A stretch of DNA of 62,688 nt, filler included, from an uncultured Methanosarcinales archaeon (GCA_964604995.1; 15 parts of 15 records of this genome joined end to end with filler, not necessarily neighbours in it), one strand, 5' to 3'. Positions 10,035 through 20,094 are shown, numbered from the whole stretch's first letter. Translations and numbers: made by a program. The notes: generated from the letters alone by a model not told the origin.

Positions 10035-11324
10035 ATGGCTAAAACAAAGGAACATATCAACATTGTTTTTATTGGTCACGTTGATCACGGTAAATCAACG
10101 ACAGTAGGTAGATTAATGTACGATTCTGGTAACATCGACGAACAAGCTATGAGAAAACTCAAAGACAAAGCAAAAGAACTTGGAAAAGTTGGTTTTGAAT
10201 TTGCATTCGTCATGGACAATTTAAAAGAAGAACAAGAAAGAGGAGTCACAATTGATCTTTCTCACAAAAAGTTCGAAACACCAAAATATTATTTCACAGT
10301 TATTGATGCACCAGGCCACAGAGATTTTATCAAGAATATGATTACAGGAGCATCACAAGCTGATGCAGCAGTTCTTGTTGTCTCAGGAAATACTGGAGAT
10401 GGCATTCAAGCACAAACAAGAGAGCACGTTTTCTTATCCAAAACACTTGGCGTAAAACAATTAATTGTTGCAGTCAACAAAATGGATATGGTTAATTACG
10501 ACCAAAAAAGATGGGAAGCTGTCAAAGCTGAAGTTTCAACTTTGTTAAAGAGTGTTGGATTCAATCCAGCTGTTGTTACATTCCTTGCACTTGCAAGCTT
10601 GAAAGGCGATAACGTTGCAAAGAAATCTGAAAACATGCCATGGTATACTGGTCCAACATTACTTGAAGCATTAGATACACTTTCAGCTCCAGAAAAACCA
10701 ACACAATTACCATTAAGATTACCAATCCAAGATGTTTATAACATCACAGGTATTGGAGTAGTTCCAGTTGGAAGAGTTGAATCTGGAATTATGAAATTAA
10801 ATGATAAAGTAATTATTGTTCCAGGAAGAGAAGGTAAAGGAGTTGTTGGAGAAGTTAAAACAATTGAGATGCACCACGAACAAATGCAATCAGCAGAACC
10901 TGGTGATAACATCGGCTTTAACATAAGAGGCCTTGCAAAGAAGGATATTACAAGAGGAGATGTTTTAGGTTCAATTGATAATCCACCAACAGTTGCAACT
11001 GAATTTACTGCAAGAATAGTAGTTATCAATCATCCAACTGTCGTGACTGTCGGATACACACCAGTATTCCACATCCACACAGCACAAGTTGCATGCCAGT
11101 TCACTGAACTAGTTAGCAAATTAAATCCAGCAACTGGTGAAGTTATGCAAGAAAAGCCTGACTTTATCAAGAATGGAGATGCAGCAATTGTAAAAATCAA
11201 ACCAACACATCCATTGGTAATTGAAAAATACACAGATATTCCACAGCTAGCCAGATTCGCAATAAGAGATTCTGGTGCAACAGTTGCTGCAGGAATGTGT
11301 ATTGATTTGGTCAAGAAGGCTTAA
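10035..11324 (+). CDS. tuf: Translation elongation factor EF-1alpha
   Basis: [35 protein letters not shown] before ATG 10035. Confidence 0.99.
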   Translation: MAKTKEHINIVFIGHVDHGKSTTVGRLMYDSGNIDEQAMRKLKDKAKELGKVGFEFAFVMDNLKEEQERGVTIDLSHKKFETPKYYFTVIDAPGHRDFIKNMITGASQADAAVLVVSGNTGDGIQAQTREHVFLSKTLGVKQLIVAVNKMDMVNYDQKRWEAVKAEVSTLLKSVGFNPAVVTFLALASLKGDNVAKKSENMPWYTGPTLLEALDTLSAPEKPTQLPLRLPIQDVYNITGIGVVPVGRVESGIMKLNDKVIIVPGREGKGVVGEVKTIEMHHEQMQSAEPGDNIGFNIRGLAKKDITRGDVLGSIDNPPTVATEFTARIVVINHPTVVTVGYTPVFHIHTAQVACQFTELVSKLNPATGEVMQEKPDFIKNGDAAIVKIKPTHPLVIEKYTDIPQLARFAIRDSGATVAAGMCIDLVKKA

Positions 11325-11415
11325 ATGAAAGCCTTCATCTGTCTTTTTCAGACAGCACGGCCAACTAATACTTTACCGTGTGGCACAAAAAATAACAAAA
11401 GGACCCTGATGTAAA
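11315..11415 (+). promoter_or_regulatory. Structured tuf-rps10 intergenic leader (candidate)
   Basis: Three consecutive stems: 11315-11336, 11339-11355, 11356-11380. Confidence 0.45.
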
Positions 11416-11727
11416 ATGCAAAAAGCAAGAATAAAACTAGCAAGCATTGACATAGACAAGATTAACCAGACATGTCAATATATTAAAGACATCGCAGAGA
11501 AGACAGGAGTTGAAATGAGGGGCCCTATCCCATTGCCAACAAAGAGGCTTAAACTCGCAACTAGAAAAGGACCATGCGGTAACGGAACTGCAACTTGGGA
11601 CCGATTCGAGATGAGAGTTCATAAAAGACTCATTGACATCGGAATCGATGAAAGAGCATTGAGACTTGTTATGAGAGTGCCAATTCCAGAAGGTCTTAAT
11701 ATTGAGATTGAAATGGTTGATGTGTAA
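11416..11727 (+). CDS. rpsJ: 30S ribosomal protein uS10
   Basis: [22 protein letters not shown]. Confidence 0.98.
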   Translation: MQKARIKLASIDIDKINQTCQYIKDIAEKTGVEMRGPIPLPTKRLKLATRKGPCGNGTATWDRFEMRVHKRLIDIGIDERALRLVMRVPIPEGLNIEIEMVDV

Positions 11728-11839
11728 ACTAATTAATTTTTATTTTTTAAATAATTTTTTGTAATTAATTTTTCTTTAGTAGCATTGTAAAAAAAGGTGA
11801 ATAAATTATCTTAATATAAATTAAAAACAAAGGTCACCA

Positions 11840-12367
11840 ATGAAAGTATTTGATATTAATAAAGGATTGACTCTAGAAGAAAGAGCAAATAATATTACAG
11901 CTAGATTAGAAAAATCATCAGAAGAGTATGAAAACAAAAATTATAGTGAATCATTAGAGCAAATAAAATATGCTTTACATTTAATTTCTTCTAGTAAATC
12001 ACTTAAAAGTGTAATGGCAAATAATTATCCGAAATTAATTTCAAGAATATTTTATGAAAAAGCCACTAGTTTATGGATGATTAATAAACCAGAATCTGCA
12101 AAAAAGGCGATACTTTCTGCAATACATTTTTCAGAAGAACCATTTTATTATTATAATCTTGGACAAATGTATTCTGATTTGAATGATACTAAATCAGCAG
12201 AAAAAAATTGGCAGGTTATGAAAGAAAAATTTCCAATGGAAGTTTACACTTACCTTATGCAAAGCATTTGTGCTATTGATAATGGTGAATATGAACACGC
12301 AGTTAAAATACTTAATTTTGCCAAATTAAAGAGCGATGATAAACCAACTTTAGAACATATTGATTTT
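11840..12367 (+). CDS. TPR-containing protein (runs into an N gap)
   Basis: YYNLGQMY...A, GEYEHAVKIL TPR-like repeats. Confidence 0.65.
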
Positions 12368-12459
12368 NNNNNNNNNNGTTAGAAGCAACTAAAAAACAAT
12401 TAAATTCTAAATAATTTAAATAATATCTATTATAAAAAGGTATTATAATTAATATTGTT

Positions 12460-12729
12460 TTATAATATTTGTCTTACTTTTTCAATACTTTCAGCAACTT
12501 CGGCGCCAAGCTTTGTTAAAGTTAGAAGTTTTAGTCTACCTGTTTTTTCAAAATTAACTAAACCTGCTTTTTGCATTTCTTGTAAGATTTTAACAACATG
12601 AGAATATGTGCAATCAACTGATTTGGCAAGAGAGGAAGCATACATTTCGCCCTTGGCGTTATATAAATTTACTAGCATCATTGCTGGTTTCTCTCTAAAA
12701 AAAGTGTTAAAAATTTTTTTATTTTTCAT
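12460..12729 (-). CDS. Winged-helix transcriptional regulator (MarR-like)
   Basis: YASSLAKSVDCTYSHVVKIL...GR...LTKLG; start moved to ATG 12729. Confidence 0.85.
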   Translation of the reverse strand: MKNKKIFNTFFREKPAMMLVNLYNAKGEMYASSLAKSVDCTYSHVVKILQEMQKAGLVNFEKTGRLKLLTLTKLGAEVAESIEKVRQIL

Positions 12730-12923
12730 CAATAATCTCCCCAAATAACTAAATTTGTAAGATATATTTGAATTTTTTGTGTTATATCCCTCAAATTATA
12801 GTTTATAGCATATATGTTAGAATTTATAAATATTTTGGTTTGGAATATTTTTTAACAACATATTTTTTTAACAAATTATTAATGAAAGAAAACTTTTATA
12901 AAGAGATGCGTTGTCATTTTTAT

Positions 12924-13622
12924 ATGATTAAAACAATTCTTTTTGATTTGGACGGAACTCTTGTTTATTTGATGGATTTACATTTTGAATTAGAAAAACA
13001 TATTCTACACAAAGTTTTTGATATTGACCTTAAAAAAGAAGATTGGATAAGTTTGGTTGGTCTGCCTGACCCAGAATTTACAATTAAACTTCTTGAAGTA
13101 TATGGGATTTCAGGAAAAAAAGTTTTAGAGGGTTTTTCACAATTTGATGAGTTAAAATCGAAATTTATGGAAGGAAAAAATATTGCAGAATACATAACAG
13201 TATTACCTGGAGTATTTGAACTTTTAGAATCACTTCGAAAAAAAGAAGTTATTATTGGTTTAATTACTGGAAATCCGCCTAAACATGGCGAACTGATATT
13301 AAATGGTGCTAAACTTGCAGAATTTATGTATGTTAAAGTTTATAGTGTTAATTGCAAGTCAAGAGATGAATTAATTATTGAAGCTTTAAAAAGAATAAAT
13401 TCTAAAATCAAATCCACTAATCCTAATAGTTTACCAATTAAAATGAATGAAACAATTGTTGTTGGAGATTCAATTTTTGATGTAAGGTCAGCAAAAAATC
13501 AAGGATGTATTTCTGTTGGAGTTTGTACCGGATTTGCAAATAGGAAAACCCTTGAACAAGAAAAACCAGATTATATTTTCGACAATCTTAAAAATACAGA
13601 TGAATTCTTGAAAATACTGTGA
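12924..13622 (+). CDS. HAD-superfamily hydrolase
   Basis: FDLDGTL, ITGN, VGDSIFD; start at ATG 12924. Confidence 0.92.
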   Translation: MIKTILFDLDGTLVYLMDLHFELEKHILHKVFDIDLKKEDWISLVGLPDPEFTIKLLEVYGISGKKVLEGFSQFDELKSKFMEGKNIAEYITVLPGVFELLESLRKKEVIIGLITGNPPKHGELILNGAKLAEFMYVKVYSVNCKSRDELIIEALKRINSKIKSTNPNSLPIKMNETIVVGDSIFDVRSAKNQGCISVGVCTGFANRKTLEQEKPDYIFDNLKNTDEFLKIL

Positions 13623-13630
13623 AGAATGTT

Positions 13631-15565
13631 ATGAAAAAAGCGCAGGATAATATAGACGGGAAAAAAGATAAGCAAACAAATCTTCCCGATAAAGAACAAG
13701 AATATCTTTTTCCATTTGATAAAATTAGGGATGAGCAAGACAAACTTTTTTCTGCTGTTAGTTTAGCTGTTAAAAATAAAAGGCATTTAGTTGTTCATGC
13801 TCCAACTGGACTTGGAAAAACTGTTGCATCATTGGGTCCTGCTTTAAAATATGCAATAGATAATAATAAAACAGTTTTCTTTCTAACATCAAGACATACA
13901 CAACATGTCATTGCAATTGAAACTTTAAAAGCAATTAAAGAAAAATGGGATTTGGATTTTTCTGTCACAGATATTATTGGAAAAAGACATATGTGTATAT
14001 TTCCAGGAATTGAAAAAATACCAGGAACTGATTTTTTGGAATTTTGCAGACAAGTTAGAGAAGAAGATAATTGTGATTATTATATCAATACAAAAAGAAG
14101 CAATAGACCAACTGTCAAAGCAAGAATGGTTGCTGAAAATCTTAGGAGAAAAATAAACAATACTGATGAAGTGATTCAAAATTGTCAGGAAAATAAAATG
14201 TGCCCTTATGAGATGGCAACAATTTTAGGTAAAGATGCCAAAGTTATTATCGGCGATTATTACTATGCATTTAGTCCCAAAGTTAGAGATAGTTTTTTTA
14301 AGCGCATCGAAAAAGAAATGGAAAATTGTATAATAATTGTTGATGAAGCACATAATCTTCCAGAAAGAATGAGAAATCTTATGAGTTCTTATATTTCAAG
14401 TTTTATTGTCAAAAGAGCAATTAAAGAAGCAAAAAAATTTCACTTCCAAGATATTTTGGAATATTTAGTTAACTTGCAAAATATTTTGAACACTCTTGCT
14501 GAAAAATTAAATGATAAAACTAAAGAAAGAGCAATTGCAAAAGATGAATTTTTAAAACCACTTGAAAAATTAGGCGAAATTGAAAAGATGATTGAAGAGA
14601 TGGATATTGTTTCTGATGCTATTCGAAACAAACAAAGATATAGTTTTATCAATAGTGTTGCAAGATTTCTTGAAGCATGGCACGAAGGAGAAGATGAAGG
14701 ATTTGTAAGAATCATTTCTATTAGTACATTTAATAATGAGCCTTATGTGAAACTAGAGTATAATTGCTTGGATCCAAGTTTAGTTACAAAAAATGTTATT
14801 GAAACTGCACATTCCATTATTTGCATGTCTGGAACATTAACACCCGTATTAATGTATTCAGATTTACTCGGATTTGATTCAAGGACTGATACATATGAGT
14901 TCAAAAGCCCATTTCCAACAAATAATGTTTTAAGATTAGTTGTTCCTGATGTCACAACTAAATTTACAAAAAGAAGCGAGAAGGAATTTGAAAAAATGGC
15001 AAAACTTTGCGCTCAAGCAGTTGATGCAATTCCTGGCAATTGTGCAATATTTTTTCCAAGTTATGGTCTTCGCGATCAGATATCAAAATTTTTTGTGAAT
15101 AGCTGCAAAAAGAAATGCTATTTTGAAGATTCTAAAATGAATAAAGCACAAAGACAAAAAATGCTTGATAAATTTAAAGATGAGAGTCAATTCAAAGAAG
15201 GAGCAGTTTTACTTGCAGCAGCAACTGGCTCATTTGGTGAAGGGATTGATTTACCTGGAGATTATTTGAAAGGAGTAATTATTGTCGGCTTGCCATTAAA
15301 TCCACCTGATGTTGAAACAAATGCTTTAATTGCTTATTATAACAAAAAATACTCAAAAGGATGGGATTATGCTTACATATTTCCAGCAATAACAAAATGC
15401 ATGCAAGGAGCAGGAAGATGTATTAGAAGCGAAACTGATAGAGGAGTTGTAGTATTTATGGATGAGAGATTCGCCTTATCAAATTATTCAAGATGTTTCC
15501 CACCTGATTATGGGATGAAAATAACTAAAAATGTTGGATTAGAGATAAAAGAATTCTTTGGATGA
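13631..15565 (+). CDS. xpd: XPD/Rad3-family Fe-S DNA helicase
   Basis: APTGLGKT, Fe-S cysteines with CPYE, DEAH, SGTL, EGID, QGAGRCIR. Confidence 0.93.
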   Translation: MKKAQDNIDGKKDKQTNLPDKEQEYLFPFDKIRDEQDKLFSAVSLAVKNKRHLVVHAPTGLGKTVASLGPALKYAIDNNKTVFFLTSRHTQHVIAIETLKAIKEKWDLDFSVTDIIGKRHMCIFPGIEKIPGTDFLEFCRQVREEDNCDYYINTKRSNRPTVKARMVAENLRRKINNTDEVIQNCQENKMCPYEMATILGKDAKVIIGDYYYAFSPKVRDSFFKRIEKEMENCIIIVDEAHNLPERMRNLMSSYISSFIVKRAIKEAKKFHFQDILEYLVNLQNILNTLAEKLNDKTKERAIAKDEFLKPLEKLGEIEKMIEEMDIVSDAIRNKQRYSFINSVARFLEAWHEGEDEGFVRIISISTFNNEPYVKLEYNCLDPSLVTKNVIETAHSIICMSGTLTPVLMYSDLLGFDSRTDTYEFKSPFPTNNVLRLVVPDVTTKFTKRSEKEFEKMAKLCAQAVDAIPGNCAIFFPSYGLRDQISKFFVNSCKKKCYFEDSKMNKAQRQKMLDKFKDESQFKEGAVLLAAATGSFGEGIDLPGDYLKGVIIVGLPLNPPDVETNALIAYYNKKYSKGWDYAYIFPAITKCMQGAGRCIRSETDRGVVVFMDERFALSNYSRCFPPDYGMKITKNVGLEIKEFFG

Positions 15566-15647
15566 TAAGGGTATAATTAAGAGAAAATAATACAATATTT
15601 TGTTCCAAAAAGTAAATTTTATAAACCCAAACTAATAGTTTTATTAT

Positions 15648-15806
15648 ATGGTCAAGAAAAAAGTGTCAATGACAATAGATACAATTGTATTTGAAGATTT
15701 TAGAAAATATTGTGCAGTAAATGGTATGAAGATTTCTACTAAGGTTGAAGCGATGATGAAAGAGACTATGAAGAATGCCAGTCTTGGTAAATTCATGAAA
15801 AAGTAA
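15648..15806 (+). CDS. 52-aa ribbon-helix-helix DNA-binding protein (missed by the ORF track)
   Basis: MVKKKVSMTIDTIVFEDFRKYCAVNGMKISTKVEAMMKETMKNASLGKFMKK; TATA TTTATAAA about 25 bp upstream. Confidence 0.8.
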   Translation: MVKKKVSMTIDTIVFEDFRKYCAVNGMKISTKVEAMMKETMKNASLGKFMKK

Positions 15807-16057
15807 AAAGTGAATTCTTAATTGTTATTTTAATTATTTTTAGCTCGGGTGACTTGCGCTAGCAATGTCACCTAATCTTCCGTGCGAGCTGAGGTCAGCA
15901 AATGGAGCCTCGTTTGATACGGCACTCAAGGGAGATACTCGTTTTACTCGATCTCCCGAACTTTATTTTATTAGCAGTGCAAGAGACTTGCGAAGCAAAG
16001 TCTCTTTCGCTTCCGTGCGAGCTGAGGTCAGCTCTTGGCAAATTTATGAAAAAGTAA
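15782..16057. mobile_element. Hairpin-rich non-coding insert flanked by a 25-bp duplication of the RHH gene 3' end
   Basis: 15782-15806 vs 16033-16057 (23/25); internal 23-bp repeat CTTCCGTGCGAGCTGAGGTCAGC at 15877 and 16010. Confidence 0.75.
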
Positions 16058-16104
16058 TTGTCCAGAGCGAAAAGTTTATAATCTCTTTTCAAATAAGGAT
16101 TTGT

Positions 16105-16554
16105 ATGCTAAATAAATTGAAGAATAATAAAAGAGCAGTATCTCCACTTCTTGCAACAATAGTTCTAATTGGTTTTGCTGTTGCAATTGGCGCAGTTATT
16201 ATGAGTTGGGGAAAAACAGCACTTCAAAAAGTTGAAACACCAACCCCAACAGAAATAGAACCAGATTTAGCATGGTATATGGGAAGCAATATTGAAAATA
16301 TATGTTATACAGATGATGGGATAAGTTTCACATTAAAAGGTAGTCCAAAAATAAAAATAGGAGGAGTATTTGTTGCAAGCAAAGGAAGCTCTGATTATGT
16401 TGTAGGAGATAAAATTGATTTTCCAAAAAGCGAAACAGAAAATATTAATGTTAAAGTGCCTTATGATTCAACTAAATATGGTGAAATTAGCCAGCTTATT
16501 CTAGGAGCAGTTGACACTTCAATTATAACACAAAATCCACCTAGATGCAATTAA
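16105..16554 (+). CDS. Archaeal type IV pilin-like protein (class III signal peptide)
   Basis: NNKRA|VSPLLATIVLIGFAVAIG; start at ATG 16105. Confidence 0.9.
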   Translation: MLNKLKNNKRAVSPLLATIVLIGFAVAIGAVIMSWGKTALQKVETPTPTEIEPDLAWYMGSNIENICYTDDGISFTLKGSPKIKIGGVFVASKGSSDYVVGDKIDFPKSETENINVKVPYDSTKYGEISQLILGAVDTSIITQNPPRCN

Positions 16555-16617
16555 TTATATCTAGGAAGAGATAGATAGCCAATAAATTTAAAAACACAAT
16601 GTTCTTTTTATTTTATT

Positions 16618-17040
16618 ATGAAAAGAGTACCGATTCGTGGACACCAAGTAATTTGTTCAGCATTTATTGAAAAAAATAAAAAATTTCTAATTATAATGTG
16701 TCCAAAATTCAAAGTGTGGAGAGTTCCTGGTGGAAGAGCAGAACATGGTGAAAAATTAGAAGAAACTTTAATTAGAGAAATGCAAGAAGAAACAGGAATA
16801 GTTTTTCAAAATCCAAAATTTATTGGGTTTGGACAAGACCAACAATTTCATTTTAAACTCAATGCAAAAACTTCCAGATTAATAATGTTCTTTCATGTAA
16901 AAACAAATCAAGAACCAAAGCCTGACCCTAAAGAAGCAGAAAAGCATAAATGGGTTAACTTCAATGAATTAAAGAAAATAGATAATAAAGAAGGAGCTCT
17001 TACTGATTTATTTAACAGAAATCCGAAACTGACTTTGTAA
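16618..17040 (+). CDS. NUDIX hydrolase
   Basis: PGGRAEHGE...IREMQEETG Nudix box. Confidence 0.92.
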   Translation: MKRVPIRGHQVICSAFIEKNKKFLIIMCPKFKVWRVPGGRAEHGEKLEETLIREMQEETGIVFQNPKFIGFGQDQQFHFKLNAKTSRLIMFFHVKTNQEPKPDPKEAEKHKWVNFNELKKIDNKEGALTDLFNRNPKLTL

Positions 17041-17090
17041 TTTTATTTTTTTCGAATTATTTATAAAGATTGATTCTTCCATTTATTTTT

Positions 17091-17681
17091 ATGAAATTAA
17101 TTATTACAAGACATGGCGAAACAGAAGAGAATATATTGGGGATTATTCAAGGACAACTTCCTGGAAAACTCTCAGCTTTAGGAATTGCTCAGGCAAAAAA
17201 AGTTGCACTAAGATTAAAGGATGAAAAAATAGATTATATTTATTCAAGCGATTTAGCAAGAACTTTAGATACTGCAAAAGAAATTGCAAAATTTCACAAA
17301 AAAGTCCCAATTGAATTGGTTAAAGATTTAAGAGAAAAGTATTTTGGGCAGTGGCAAGGAAAGAAAAAAACTGATTTGGGTTTTTCAAAAACAACAGATT
17401 TTTCAGGATTTAGCCCAGAAGATGGAGAAACATCTGAAAAAATATTTAATCGCGCTAAAAGATTTTTATATAAAATTTTAACAAAACATCCAAATGATAC
17501 TATTTTAATTGCAGGACATACTGCAATTAATAAAGCATTGATTGCTGTGATTATGAATAAAACCTCCAAAGATATTGAGTCAATTAAAAATACAAGCAAT
17601 GCTAGTATAACAGTTATTGAAATAGACGAAAATAAGAATCACAAAGTAAATTTATTTAATTGTAAAAAGCATTTAGACTAA
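17091..17681 (+). CDS. Histidine phosphatase (PGM/CobC-like)
   Basis: RHGET, SSDLAR, LRE, AGH. Confidence 0.92.
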   Translation: MKLIITRHGETEENILGIIQGQLPGKLSALGIAQAKKVALRLKDEKIDYIYSSDLARTLDTAKEIAKFHKKVPIELVKDLREKYFGQWQGKKKTDLGFSKTTDFSGFSPEDGETSEKIFNRAKRFLYKILTKHPNDTILIAGHTAINKALIAVIMNKTSKDIESIKNTSNASITVIEIDENKNHKVNLFNCKKHLD

Positions 17682-17953
17682 ATATTAAAGTTGAATTTTC
17701 TTAATAATGAAAGTGAATTAATTTATATTATCTTTAATTAATGCAATAATGACTTTTGAATATCCCATTTTATTTTGAGCAATACTTCTTTATTTATCTT
17801 ATTAGATTTCATAACTGGCGCTTTTGGCCAGCCTGAATCTAACCAATCTAACCNNNNNNNNNNNNNNNNNNNNNNNNNNNNNNNNNNNNNNNNNNNNTTA
17901 ATTAATTAANNNNNNNNNNNNNNNNNNNNNNNNNNNNNNNNNNNNNNNNNNNN

Positions 17954-18297
17954 CAACTCCAACTACAATAATGAGGATATTTCTTGTTTTTCTATTGATT
18001 ATTTATGTAATGGCAAGTGTTGCACTTTTTACTAAAGCATCAAATTTAACAAATAGGGGCATTGTTTCAAGATTTCCATATTCAATAGTTAGACATCCAG
18101 CATACATTAGTAAAGTAATGCTTTGGTGGGTAACTTTATTGCCTGTAATTAATATCCCATTTGCTTTAGGAATGTTAGTTTGGAGTGTAATTTATTTTAT
18201 GAGAGCAATAACTGAAGAAAAACACCTTGGACAAGACGAAGAATATCAAAAATATTGTAAAAAAGTAAAATACAAATTTATTCCTTATGTTTATTGA
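17954..18297 (+). CDS. ICMT/PEMT-family membrane methyltransferase (5' partial)
   Basis: PYSIVRHPAY, EEKHL, Y..Y..KV.YKFIP. Confidence 0.8.
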
Positions 18298-18982
18298 TTT
18301 TATTTATCAATTCATTATTTTCAATATATTTAGTAACATTCGAATCTACCATTAATTTCCAATTTGCATCATTTTTTAATATCATTGCTCTAATTTTTGT
18401 TGCTGATATTTTTTTATACAAACCAATTTTTCTTATTGGGACATTGTATTTTGGAAATAATGTTAACATCTCTTTGTTCCCTGAATACATAATTGAATTT
18501 TTAGGCACATTTCTTTTAAGATTAGAAAACCAAATATCATTACTTTTATTATCTGGCAGTCCAATTATTTTACAATTTTTTATACCCATTTTTTGAACAA
18601 CAATATTAAGCATTTTTTTTCTATCTGAATAATTAAATGGATTTTTTTCTCCATGTTTTTGTCTTGTCCCGATTATTATAATCAGTTGTTCATGTTTCAA
18701 ACTAAGCCCTTTAATTATATGCAAATGCCCTAAATGGATAGGTTGGAACCTACCCAAAAAAAGAGCAGTTGCTTTACTTTTTCCTTTTACTTTATTTTTA
18801 TGCTTCGCTAAAAGCGAAGCTGTCTGAGCAAAGCGAAGACGTTTTTGGGTTCTATCCTTTTTTAAAAGGATAGGGGGGGACCTACCCAAAAAAAGAGCAG
18901 TTGCTTTATCTTTTCCTTTCATTTTATTTTTATGCTTTGCTAAATTATTTTTTATTTTAATCTTATTTTTCTTTTTTACCAT
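18278..18982 (-). CDS. nadM: Nicotinamide-nucleotide adenylyltransferase-like protein with an N-terminal in-frame duplication/insert
   Basis: GRFQPIHLGH, NPF, ISATKIR. Confidence 0.8.
   Translation of the reverse strand: MVKKKNKIKIKNNLAKHKNKMKGKDKATALFLGRSPPILLKKDRTQKRLRFAQTASLLAKHKNKVKGKSKATALFLGRFQPIHLGHLHIIKGLSLKHEQLIIIIGTRQKHGEKNPFNYSDRKKMLNIVVQKMGIKNCKIIGLPDNKSNDIWFSNLKRNVPKNSIMYSGNKEMLTLFPKYNVPIRKIGLYKKISATKIRAMILKNDANWKLMVDSNVTKYIENNELINKINKHKE
18748..18944. repeat. 65-bp imperfect direct repeat flanking a 67-bp palindromic insert inside the NMNAT ORF
   Basis: 18748-18812 vs 18880-18944, 60/65 identical, 132-bp period. Confidence 0.9.
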
Positions 18983-18989
18983 ATCATAA

Positions 18990-19433
18990 TCACATTTTCC
19001 ATTTTACATACACAACTGATAAAACTTTTGTTACAAACATTGCACCAAGCACTATTAACAAAGTATAATCAAATGGAATTGTATTTATTACACTATTCAT
19101 TAATAATCCTCTTTGATATGTTTGCCAAAATGCAATAGCAATAAGTGCACCAATTGCAGCAAAAGAGCAGTTTCTCTCTATTACAAGCTGATGATAATTT
19201 TCTCTTTCATCGTGGACTTTTGGCAAATTAGTCATTATATGTAATATGTCTAATAATACTATTCCAGTTACAATTCCAAATATCCAAACTGAAATTCCTT
19301 TATTTATTCCTGCAGAAACTGTGCCTCCAAATATCAAAGCAACAATCGCAACATAAACCCAGCCCTGCCATGTCTTTGGAGATATACCCCATCCAAATTT
19401 TCTATATGTAAACCATTCTGTTTTTCCTATCAT
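18990..19433 (-). CDS. Membrane protein (DUF2178-like DER motif)
   Basis: GWGISPKTWQGW, HDERE, about 4 TM helices. Confidence 0.7.
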   Translation of the reverse strand: MIGKTEWFTYRKFGWGISPKTWQGWVYVAIVALIFGGTVSAGINKGISVWIFGIVTGIVLLDILHIMTNLPKVHDERENYHQLVIERNCSFAAIGALIAIAFWQTYQRGLLMNSVINTIPFDYTLLIVLGAMFVTKVLSVVYVKWKM

Positions 19434-19437
19434 ATTC

Positions 19438-19851
19438 TCACCTGTATTTTAGCATTATATAATAGCTTGCAACATAAATAAGTAGCAATGTGCAAACAAA
19501 ATAACTCATGAATAATCCAAATGGATAATTTATAGTTTTTATTCCGTCGGCAATAATAATAACAAATGCCAAAATCATCATAGCAACAAAAGTTATTCTC
19601 GTTGCTTTGTAAGATAAGTTTACCTCTCTTTCATCAATTATCTTTGGTTTTGCAAATGATTTAATTACTGCAATAAATGCAATTAATGCTCCGCAAAAAA
19701 TAAGATAATTTCCAACTGACCCATATCCCATAAAGTAATTTTTACCAATTCCTATTAGATTAAATACAATTCCTATAATTAAAAGTAGTGCACTAAATCC
19801 AAATTTCCAGCTCAATACTTTTTTGTTTGCATTTTTTTCCATGCTTTTCAC
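19438..19851 (-). CDS. DUF2178-like membrane protein
   Basis: IDERE...KATRITF, 4 TM helices. Confidence 0.75.
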   Translation of the reverse strand: MKSMEKNANKKVLSWKFGFSALLLIIGIVFNLIGIGKNYFMGYGSVGNYLIFCGALIAFIAVIKSFAKPKIIDEREVNLSYKATRITFVAMMILAFVIIIADGIKTINYPFGLFMSYFVCTLLLIYVASYYIMLKYR

Positions 19852-19870
19852 CTTATTTATTTTATATTAA

Positions 19871-20068
19871 TTATATTCCAAACAAGTCTTCAATTTTGCA
19901 TTTGAACATCTTTGCAAATTTCAAAGCAAGTTCAAGACTCGGTACATATTTACCAGATTCAATTGAAATTATAGTTTGCCTTGTAACTCCAGTTTTTTCA
20001 GCTAATTTATCCTGTGTTAATTTTGCCTTTTCTCTATATTCCTTAAGCTTATTTTTTTGTAGTGTCAT
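19871..20068 (-). CDS. Xre/Cro-type HTH regulator
   Basis: LTQDKLAEKTGVTRQTIISIESGKYVPSLELA. Confidence 0.95.
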   Translation of the reverse strand: MTLQKNKLKEYREKAKLTQDKLAEKTGVTRQTIISIESGKYVPSLELALKFAKMFKCKIEDLFGI

Positions 20069-20094
20069 TTTTTTATGTCCTAAAATTGTTAAAT

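Noticed and set aside
15842..16034. SRP RNA, RNase P RNA or mini CRISPR array
   Set aside because: No SRP helix-8 or RNase P GAGGAAAGUCC motif on either strand; only two repeat copies 133 bp apart and no cas genes.
15865..16104. 80-aa N-terminal extension of the pilin ORF, and the antisense 65-aa ORF
   Set aside because: Read-through of the palindromic insert; the class III signal peptide and a TATA-like element support ATG 16105.
18748..18944. DGR template/variable repeat pair
   Set aside because: The five mismatches are transitions in both directions, not one-way adenine-specific changes, and no reverse transcriptase is in the window.
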